IMG/VR virus record: IMGVR_UViG_3300007171_000061
Location: 1 to 64,000 of that record
Source of the DNA: a virus
Taxonomy: Duplodnaviria > Caudoviricetes
Strand: one strand, 5' to 3'
Length of the DNA: 64,000 nucleotides
In this document: positions 40,939-48,199 of the stretch, piece after piece
How the letters are laid out: each line of letters opens with the position of its first letter
Position numbering within the stretch: position 1 is the stretch's first letter
The notes under the pieces: model-generated
The model's input: only the letters and a program-made list of their open reading frames with translations
Told to the model about the DNA's origin: nothing
Database searches by the model: none
Position numbers and translations under genes: made by a program

Positions 40939-41148
40939 TCGTTGTATTAAGCGCAACGACCCTGCTTATGACATTATATGGTTTAAACCTGCTGGATACA
41001 AACCTTTGTATGTTCGCTTGTGTACCCGTTTACTCCTTTCAGTCATAAGTATTTCAGTACAAGCTGGATAAGTAACCAGCACTAATTTCGCTTTGCTAAA
41101 TTCGTAAAGCACTAACAATAGTATCTCATTGTAGACAAATCTACAGTG
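40939..41148 (+). ncRNA. Candidate structured non-coding RNA
   Basis: Stems TCGTTG/CAACGA, GCTTATGAC/GTCATAAGT, GCTGG/CCAGC, GCTTT/AAAGC, CATTGTAGA/TCTACAGTG. Confidence 0.45.
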
Positions 41149-41158
41149 ATTGTCCATA

Positions 41159-41392
41159 ATGGCTAACAAAAAGAATAATACAACTATGAACTGCATTACA
41201 TGCAACCGTTACTTCAAGCAAAACGTTTTCAACAAGAGTGCTGAATGCGAAGACTGCTTAGATCGTGCTTTCTTGGATTTAGATTCAGAAGTACAAGTTG
41301 ACGTAGACTTACTAAGGAATCCTTCTGGTAAGACTAGTCCTGTATTCTATGACAGGGATGATCCTGAAATGGACTGCAGAGATTCTATCTGA
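41159..41392 (+). CDS. Small Zn-binding hypothetical protein
   Basis: CITC...CEDC. Confidence 0.55.
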   Translation: MANKKNNTTMNCITCNRYFKQNVFNKSAECEDCLDRAFLDLDSEVQVDVDLLRNPSGKTSPVFYDRDDPEMDCRDSI

Positions 41393-41458
41393 AGTGATAA
41401 TAACGAAAAGAGCATAAGCTCTTGACAGATAGTAAAACTGCTGTTACAATAGTTTATC

Positions 41459-41534
41459 GCTGAAGTAGCTCATCTGGTAGAGCAACGGTTTTGTACTCCG
41501 TAGGTGGTGGGTTCAAGTCCTACCTTCAGCACCA
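41459..41534 (+). tRNA. tRNA-Thr(TGT)
   Basis: GCTGAAG/CTTCAGC stem, TT TGT AC loop, GGTTCAAGTCC, CCA; preceded by TTGACA-17-TACAAT (41422-41450). Confidence 0.92.
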
Positions 41535-41555
41535 AGTTTAACAGATTGGAGTCTT

Positions 41556-41969
41556 ATGAAAAAGTGTTATCGCTGTGAGTGCATAAAATCAGAGCAAGAT
41601 TTCAACAAAAGTAAGTCAAGAAAAGATGGTTTACAATCTGTCTGTCGAGATTGCTCAAAAATATTAAACAATACAGGATATAAAGAAAATCCTAATCGTT
41701 CTAAGTCTGTAAAAGATAATAGAGATAAAGTTAAATCTCACAATAAAAGACTATTAAATAAATATAAAAGTATTTGTGGTTGTAAATTTTGTCAAGAAAA
41801 AGAACCTGTTTGTTTAGATTTCCACCATCTTGATCCAAGTGTTAAAGAGGATAATTTGTCTAGAATGTTAACAAATTCTTCCGATAAACTAAAACAAGAA
41901 ATACGAAAATGTATAGTTCTTTGTTCAAATTGTCATAGAAAATTACACGCAAATATCTTGACTCTTTAA
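41556..41969 (+). CDS. HNH homing endonuclease within the tRNA cluster
   Basis: CYRC...CRDC; CKFC...LDFHH...KCIVLCSNCHRKLH. Confidence 0.85.
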   Translation: MKKCYRCECIKSEQDFNKSKSRKDGLQSVCRDCSKILNNTGYKENPNRSKSVKDNRDKVKSHNKRLLNKYKSICGCKFCQEKEPVCLDFHHLDPSVKEDNLSRMLTNSSDKLKQEIRKCIVLCSNCHRKLHANILTL

Positions 41970-42054
41970 TAACGTGTATTCCGCAACTACGTTAAAAGTT
42001 CGGCTGCTCAATCGCCAACGGAAAGAGCGTAAGGTCACAGTTGGAAGAATTTAT

Positions 42055-42133
42055 TCCACAGAACCCGAGCTAGGTGCATGGGCTTGACTGTTAATCAATG
42101 GTTAGCTGAGTTCGAATCTCAGATGTGGAGCCA
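42055..42133 (+). tRNA. tRNA-Asn(GTT)
   Basis: TCCACA/TGTGGA, G73, CCA; TTGA-CT GTT AA-TCAA; atypical D-arm. Confidence 0.85.
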
Positions 42134-42138
42134 ATCAC

Positions 42139-42182
42139 GGGCGGGATAGGTGAGGTAATGCATCATTGAAGACTGTCCACCA
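42139..42182 (+). ncRNA. 44-nt CCA-ended minihelix-like element
   Basis: GGGCGG pairs with CTGTCC, followed by A-CCA; no D-, anticodon- or T-arm. Confidence 0.4.
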
Positions 42183-42186
42183 ATTT

Positions 42187-42276
42187 AGAAGTATGGTCGA
42201 GTGGCTTATGGCAATGGTTTGCTAAACCATCGGTGGCGAAAGCTGCCCACAGGTTCGAATCCTGTTACTTCTGCCA
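42187..42276 (+). tRNA. tRNA-Ser(GCT)
   Basis: AGAAGTA/TACTTCT, G73, ATGGT-TT GCT AA-ACCAT, long variable arm, CCA. Confidence 0.92.
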
Positions 42277-42283
42277 GTATTAC

Positions 42284-42357
42284 AGCGGGTAGGGTGGTCA
42301 CCACTGCAGTTTCATATGCTCGCAGCATCACTGGTTCGAATCCAGTACCCGCATCCA
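42284..42357 (+). tRNA. Divergent tRNA-Met(CAT), initiator-like (1:72 mismatch), possibly pseudo
   Basis: AGCGGGT/ACCCGCA, TT CAT AT loop with bulged anticodon stem, shortened D-loop, CTGGTTCGAATCCAG, CCA. Confidence 0.7.
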
Positions 42358-42386
42358 TTCGCTATTCGCAAATAGCAAACAATTTA

Positions 42387-42471
42387 GGAGTAGCCGCCGT
42401 AATGGTATGGCAGGGGATTGTAAATCCTCCGACTTAGGTCACAGTAGGTTCGATCCCTACCTGCTCCACCA
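42387..42471 (+). tRNA. tRNA-Tyr(GTA)
   Basis: GGAGTAG/CTGCTCC, GGGGA-TT GTA AA-TCCTC, variable arm, CCA. Confidence 0.92.
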
Positions 42472-42704
42472 CAGACCTACCTTGGGTCCGAAGTCACCTC
42501 GGTTTTAGGCGTCCCTCGAATCTGTTGCGAGGTAACATGAAGTGTAGAAGCTTCAGGTGAGTACCGCCAAGTACTCATGCAAAGGACACAGCGTATTATC
42601 TGCGGTAGATACGAAAAGGCTACCCCGCAATCGTAAGCGGGACTAATACATTAACAACTAGGTTAGCTCCCGAAAAGAGTGCAAGTCTACACTCCTGTTG
42701 TTAA
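42472..42704 (+). ncRNA. Multi-domain structured RNA following tRNA-Tyr
   Basis: Four-way junction (GTCC/GGAC enclosing CCTCG/CGAGG, TGAAG/CTTCA, TGAGTAC/GTACTCA); three-way junction (GTATTA/TAATAC); TTAACAAC/GTTGTTAA hairpin. Confidence 0.5.
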
Positions 42705-42736
42705 TATTTCATTAGACAATGTAGAAAGACACTACT

Positions 42737-43299
42737 ATGAACAAAGAATATTTATCAGAATACTTTTATTATGATTCATCCAGTCAAGTTGTTTGAGATG
42801 GAAAGTCTGGAATGGTCAGAAAAATCATTCAAAAAGACATTCTGGAGATGTTGCGGGACACATTTCAACGCCCGATGTTAATAATCCAGATTATAAAAGA
42901 TATAAAGTCTGTTTGTATAATAAAGAATACTTAGTTCATAGATTAATTTTGATTCTGCATGATATTGATCCTTCCAATCTTGCCGTGAATCATATAAATT
43001 GTGATCCACTTGATAACCGTATTGAAAACTTAGAAGTTTGTACAAGTAGAGAAAATAATACACGTAAGAAATCTCATACATTGGACATGATGCAATCAAA
43101 CAATACTTCTGGTGTTCTTGGTGTTAGAGAAACAGTAGTAGTTAGACCTTCAGGTAAAATTGACTACTATGCACATGCTTTCGTAAAAGCTGATGGTGAG
43201 TGTTTTCAGAAGAAATTCAACTACGCAAAATATGGAAAAGAAAAAGCTTGGCAGTTAGCCAAGGAATTTAGAGAAAATACATTTAAGGATTTATTATGA
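42737..43299 (+). pseudogene. HNH-AP2 homing endonuclease with a 1-nt frameshift near 42785
   Basis: ATG 42737 gives MNKEYLSEYFYYDSSS, then continues SCLRWK...LVHRLI...NHINCDPLDNRIENL in another frame; paralogue 38894 has YDPASPSFLTWK. Confidence 0.7.
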
Positions 43300-43640
43300 C
43301 CTTTAAAAAGGGCGAGAGTGGCAATTACAAAGGCCGACCCAAGAATCAATCACTATTGGATAAACCTACTAACCGTTCATTAAAAGAACGTGAACTAATT
43401 ACATTGTTACGTAAGATTAAACCTCAGATTGCTGACGCTATTATCACTGCTGCTCAGATCATGAAGAATGAAGAAGCTAGTCATCAAAACCAACTAAAAG
43501 CGGCAACCATCCTTTTGGATAACTATCGCAGATTAGTTTTGGACGTATATGACGGTGAAGAAAAAGCTGATGATGAAGGTACGGAGATTCAACAGCACAA
43601 TGCTCCTGTGTTTAGTCTCAAGGTAGTTAACGAAGAATAA
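43296..43640 (+). CDS. terS: Terminase small subunit (DUF5681-like)
   Basis: FKKGESGNYKGRPK motif; directly upstream of TerL. Confidence 0.7.
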   Translation: MTFKKGESGNYKGRPKNQSLLDKPTNRSLKERELITLLRKIKPQIADAIITAAQIMKNEEASHQNQLKAATILLDNYRRLVLDVYDGEEKADDEGTEIQQHNAPVFSLKVVNEE

Positions 43641-43650
43641 TAAGGATATT

Positions 43651-45120
43651 ATGGCAGAACAAATTACAATAGCACCTGCATCGAAAAAACAAGAGATGTT
43701 TTTGAACAGTGATGCGACCATTACTTTAGCTGGTGGTGCTGCTGGTTCTGGTAAAACATATACATCTTTGCTTATCGCTTTGAAGTTCATGCAGCACCCT
43801 AGAGCAACAGGTGTAATCTTTCGTAGAACTTCTAAGATGCTTACTGCTCCCGGTTCAATATGGCATGAAGCAGTGCATTTATACACAAGCATTTATCCTA
43901 ATCTAAGAATTAGAAGTAGAGAACTTGAGTTAGTGTTTCCAAATGGTGCATTGCTAAAGTTTTCTCATATGCAGCACGCAACCAATATGTACGATCACAA
44001 GGGTGGTCAATACTCATTAGTTATTTTCGATGAAGCAACTGACTTTGATGAAGAGATGGTTGTATATCTACTATCTCGTATGCGTAATGCCTATGTCGAT
44101 TATAAACCACAGATGTTTATGATGACTAACCCTGATTATAACTCATTTTTAAGATCGTGGATTGAAGACTATTATCTTGATCCAAATACAGGTATTCCTC
44201 TTCCAGAAAAAACTGGTCATCAGCGTTATTTCTTTCGTCAAGGTAACACCATGCTTTGGTATAACACCTTAGAGGAAGCTGAAGCTGCTCATGGTAAAGG
44301 TGATGAATCTGGTATTTCTTCATTTACTTTCATTGGTGCTACCTGCCGTGATAATCCACCACTACTTAAAGCACAGCCTGATTATATCAGTCGATTAATG
44401 TCATTACCTAGAGTAGAGCGTGAAAGACTATTGGATGGTTCATGGTTTGCTCGTCAAGAATCTGCTGGTCTATTTAAACGTGAATGGGTTGGTTTAGTCG
44501 ATCATGCTAACGGTAGAGCAAGAAAAAGAATCCGAGCATGGGACTTTGCGTTTAGTAAACCTTCTGAGCAATACCCTAATCCTGACTGGACTCGTGGTGT
44601 TTTAATCTCAAAAGACCCTAACAATTTATACACTGTAGAAGATGTAGTATCCATCAGAGATAGAGTACACGAAGTAGAAAAGCTAGTATTTGAAACAGCT
44701 TTGCATGATGGTCAAGATGTAATTATCAGCATCCCATTGGACCCTGCTGCAGCCGCTGGTGCTTATGCCAAGGACTTACAACGCAAGTTAGCTGAGATGG
44801 GTTTTAGCGTAAAGCTTACAAAGCCAGTTAAATCCAAGATCACTCGTTTTGCTCCATTTTCAAGTATAGCACAAGCTGGCTTCGTAAATGTAGTTAAAGC
44901 TAACTGGAATAAAGATTTCTTTGATGAACTTGAAGTTTTCGATGGTGACCCTAAGAAGAAAGACGATCAGGTTGACTGCTGTTCAGATGCAATGCTTTTA
45001 TTAAACAAAGATACACAACTACCAGTTTTTTCACTACCGGATTTTACAGGTAGTAACCCATTTGATGGAAGCATTACAGGTTCCAACATTCCTACTTTTC
45101 ACAGTTCAATAGTTTCATAA
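43651..45120 (+). CDS. terL: Terminase large subunit
   Basis: GGAAGSGKT Walker A, IFDEAT Walker B, MTNP, WDFA, DDQVD nuclease motifs. Confidence 0.95.
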   Translation: MAEQITIAPASKKQEMFLNSDATITLAGGAAGSGKTYTSLLIALKFMQHPRATGVIFRRTSKMLTAPGSIWHEAVHLYTSIYPNLRIRSRELELVFPNGALLKFSHMQHATNMYDHKGGQYSLVIFDEATDFDEEMVVYLLSRMRNAYVDYKPQMFMMTNPDYNSFLRSWIEDYYLDPNTGIPLPEKTGHQRYFFRQGNTMLWYNTLEEAEAAHGKGDESGISSFTFIGATCRDNPPLLKAQPDYISRLMSLPRVERERLLDGSWFARQESAGLFKREWVGLVDHANGRARKRIRAWDFAFSKPSEQYPNPDWTRGVLISKDPNNLYTVEDVVSIRDRVHEVEKLVFETALHDGQDVIISIPLDPAAAAGAYAKDLQRKLAEMGFSVKLTKPVKSKITRFAPFSSIAQAGFVNVVKANWNKDFFDELEVFDGDPKKKDDQVDCCSDAMLLLNKDTQLPVFSLPDFTGSNPFDGSITGSNIPTFHSSIVS

Positions 45121-45135
45121 TCAAAGGAGCCGTTA

Positions 45136-46611
45136 ATGGCACGTAAATCACAAAATAAAACCGTACAAAAAGCAGTAGATGATACGCCGGAACGTTTCAA
45201 GTTGAGTGAATCAGGATATTTAGGTTTGAATGTTTTCAATGGTGTATCCAACGATGAACTCAAACGCGAATTAAACTTCCCGAACAGCATTAATACTTAT
45301 AAGCAAATGTCTTATCACAGTACTATTAATGCAGCTTTGACATTGTACGAAAACTTAATCGGTAAAGTCGATTGGAGCTTTAAACCAATCAAAGATGCTA
45401 CGGATGAAGAACTAAGACAAGCCAAGCTAATCAATGAAATGATGCATGACCTTACTGATCAAAACTGGTCAGAGTTTATCTCAGAAGCACTATCTGCTAA
45501 TATGTACGGTTTCTCAGTGCATGAAAAAGTATACCGCAGAAGACTAAAAGCCAATGGTTCAAAGTACAACGATGGTGTTATCGGCTGGAAAAAGCTTCCG
45601 ATTCGCAATCAAGAGACTATTGAAAAGTTCATCTTCAGCGAAGACGGTAACGAAGTAAGAGGTGTAAAGCAAAACCTTTCCGCTGTCTCTGACGTTTACA
45701 ATCGCTACTCTAGTCGTACAAATAACGAAGTGATTCTACCTCGCAGCAAGATCATGCTATTTCGCGCAGGTAAACACAAAGGTGATCCTTTCGGTAAATC
45801 CATGCTTCGTGATGCGTATCTAGCTTGGAGATTCCTAAGTGTAATCGAAGAGATTGAAGCAAACGGTGTAGCTAAGGATTTAGCTGGTCTACCAGTACTA
45901 AAGCTTCCTCCGCAGTATCTTTCTTCAGATGCATCTCCTGAACAAAAGGCAATTCGTGCTTACTACGAAAACGTAATGCGCAACTTGCAGCTAAATCAGC
46001 AATCAGCTTTGATTCTACCACAAGCACACGATCCTGATTCAAAGCAGCCGATGTTTGAACTAGAATTGCTATCCTTAAATGGTAGCAAAGCAATGGATAC
46101 TTCCAAGATTAAAGAATACTACAAGAATCTAATCTTAACATCTTTATTTGCTGATATTCTAGTACTAGGTCAATCCGGTGGTGGTTCTAACGCTTTAGGT
46201 CAAGTTAAAAACTCCCTATCTGCTGCTGCTGCTGAAACAATGCTTCGCAAGATTCGTGATGTAATTAACGAAGATTTGATTAAACAAACTTATGAGTTAA
46301 ATGGTTGGGATACTTCTAGAATGGGTAAAATCGACTTTGATAATCTAGAATCTGAAGACCTAGAATCATTCTCCAAAGCTGTTCAGCGTTTCGCTAGTAC
46401 TTCTGTTATTGAAGTTGATCGTGCTGTACTCAATAGAGTTCGTGAATCAATTGGTGTAGATGCTCTACCTCAAGACATGGAACCTGACAAAGAGAAACTA
46501 CCCGCTATGACTTCCAGAAGTGGCGATGGTTTTAAGACAGCAGGTGAAGGTACAGCAACTAGTCCTTCCGGTAACGATACCAGTTCTGGTAACCTAGAGA
46601 ATGCTGCGTGA
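45136..46611 (+). CDS. Portal protein
   Basis: Follows TerL; YGFSVHE, GKSMLRDAY, KDLAGLP portal motifs. Confidence 0.9.
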   Translation: MARKSQNKTVQKAVDDTPERFKLSESGYLGLNVFNGVSNDELKRELNFPNSINTYKQMSYHSTINAALTLYENLIGKVDWSFKPIKDATDEELRQAKLINEMMHDLTDQNWSEFISEALSANMYGFSVHEKVYRRRLKANGSKYNDGVIGWKKLPIRNQETIEKFIFSEDGNEVRGVKQNLSAVSDVYNRYSSRTNNEVILPRSKIMLFRAGKHKGDPFGKSMLRDAYLAWRFLSVIEEIEANGVAKDLAGLPVLKLPPQYLSSDASPEQKAIRAYYENVMRNLQLNQQSALILPQAHDPDSKQPMFELELLSLNGSKAMDTSKIKEYYKNLILTSLFADILVLGQSGGGSNALGQVKNSLSAAAAETMLRKIRDVINEDLIKQTYELNGWDTSRMGKIDFDNLESEDLESFSKAVQRFASTSVIEVDRAVLNRVRESIGVDALPQDMEPDKEKLPAMTSRSGDGFKTAGEGTATSPSGNDTSSGNLENAA

Positions 46612-46993
46612 CGAGCCATGCGAGACAAAGCTCTTGCAGGATAAAATCGCTGCCTTATATTGGTTGCATTTAAAAGATGACACTGACGTATTTACACAAG
46701 GATACGTTGGTGTTACTACTCGCTTGATTGAAATCAGATTCAAAGAACATTGTAGTAAATATGTAAATTCTTACAATCCTTACAACCCTTTGCATTTAGC
46801 TTTTGATAAATATGGTTTAGAAAATATAATTAAAACCAGACTTTGTGTATGTGATGTGAAGCAAGCTTACGAATTAGAAAGAACATTTCGACCATTTGAA
46901 TACATGGGTTGGAATACTGTAGAAGGTGGTAAGTTATCACCACAGGTTATACAAATAATGCATAGGAGAAAACATGCCGTACTCAAAAAGTAA
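46601..46993 (+). CDS. Short GIY-YIG-like endonuclease
   Basis: LYWLH...GYVGVT...RFKEH...E...GWN. Confidence 0.7.
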   Translation: MLRDEPCETKLLQDKIAALYWLHLKDDTDVFTQGYVGVTTRLIEIRFKEHCSKYVNSYNPYNPLHLAFDKYGLENIIKTRLCVCDVKQAYELERTFRPFEYMGWNTVEGGKLSPQVIQIMHRRKHAVLKK

Positions 46994-47195
46994 TCCACCT
47001 CAGTGGGCATCTAAGAAATCAGAAGCCGTACAAACTGTAGCAATTGATGTTTTCAATCAGACTCTAAAAGATACTGGTTCTGAAGAAAAAGCTCGTATCG
47101 CTTCCTTAGCTGCAATGAAAAATGCAGAAGAAGCTAACAAGAAAAATAAAGTAAAGAAATCCGTAGAAGATATCATTAAAAGTAAATACACTTGA
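46974..47195 (+). CDS. ChaB-like protein 1
   Basis: MPYSKSNPPQW...AIDVFNQTL...EEKARIASLAAMK resembles ChaB. Confidence 0.6.
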   Translation: MPYSKSNPPQWASKKSEAVQTVAIDVFNQTLKDTGSEEKARIASLAAMKNAEEANKKNKVKKSVEDIIKSKYT

Positions 47196-47277
47196 ATTAA
47201 TATCAAATCTATGATATAATAGTTTACAAATGCCCCGGCTCATGCTCGGGGTTATTGTTGTTTATAAAGGAGAGAAT

Positions 47278-47541
47278 ATGCAATGGTCTGCAGATAATGT
47301 CCCAACTGCCATTCAAGGTAAATCTTTAAAATTAAGGGAATTATTCGCAAAAGTAGCCAATGCTTCTCTAGACAAAGGTTTCTCAAAAGAAGAATCAATC
47401 TTCGCTGGAACTAACGCAGTAAAAATAGAAGAACGTAAAAATCAACCTGCTAAAGAAAAGAAACCAAAAGTCCCATCACATGTATCTTCACTGAGAAGTT
47501 ACACAAATCCCTTTGATGTAGTAAGTCAAATCAATTTATAA
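47278..47541 (+). CDS. ChaB-like protein 2
   Basis: MQWSADNVP...LFAKVANASL...EESIFAGTNAVK; AAAGGAG RBS; promoter TTGAAT-17-TATAAT upstream. Confidence 0.55.
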   Translation: MQWSADNVPTAIQGKSLKLRELFAKVANASLDKGFSKEESIFAGTNAVKIEERKNQPAKEKKPKVPSHVSSLRSYTNPFDVVSQINL

Positions 47542-47554
47542 ATAGGAAATAATA

Positions 47555-47911
47555 ATGCAACCAGCACATATTGATCTGGATGTTTATAAAGGTTCTACCT
47601 TTGTTAAAATCATCCAATGGAAAACAGGAACGCCTCCTGTAGCAGTTAATCTTACTGGTTGTACTGCTAGAATGCAAATTAGAAAAGCAGTAAACGATAC
47701 CGTTGTATTGGATACTCTTACTACAGAAAATTCTAAGCTAGTAATTCATGAACCTTTAAATGGTAAATTTAAAATTGTAATCCCTGCTGTTGTTTCTAGT
47801 GCTTATCTTTTTACAAGTGCAGTTTATGACTTAGAAATCGTCTTTACTGATGGAACAGTAACTAGAGTAATTGAAGGTTGTCTTACTGCAGCACCGGAGG
47901 TGACTAGATGA
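47555..47911 (+). CDS. BppU-like beta-sandwich fibre adaptor
   Basis: IDLDVYKGSTF...NLTGCTARMQIRK...AVYDLEI...RVIEG...PEVTR. Confidence 0.65.
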   Translation: MQPAHIDLDVYKGSTFVKIIQWKTGTPPVAVNLTGCTARMQIRKAVNDTVVLDTLTTENSKLVIHEPLNGKFKIVIPAVVSSAYLFTSAVYDLEIVFTDGTVTRVIEGCLTAAPEVTR

Positions 47912-48186
47912 CAACTGAAGTTATTGTAGAAACAGTCTACGATACTATCATTGTAGATGATTCATCGGATACCATTTTAGTAGAAACTCCCGGTCTTGTT
48001 ACTGTAATTACTGCAGCAGAACAAGGTCCACCCGGACCATCAGGTATTCAAAACATCAGCGATGCTTTTGATGTAGATTCCACTAATAAAATAGAAGGTT
48101 CAGTTCTAGTTTATTCTACTCAGAATCAAAAATGGGTAGCAACTACCCAACTCGAAAACCAGAATGTTGAATCTGGACATTATTAA
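47908..48186 (+). CDS. Small fibre-associated protein
   Basis: GPPGPSG; DVD...GSVLVY...KWV motif; ends NVESGHY. Confidence 0.6.
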   Translation: MTTEVIVETVYDTIIVDDSSDTILVETPGLVTVITAAEQGPPGPSGIQNISDAFDVDSTNKIEGSVLVYSTQNQKWVATTQLENQNVESGHY

Positions 48187-48199
48187 TTAAGGAAAAATT

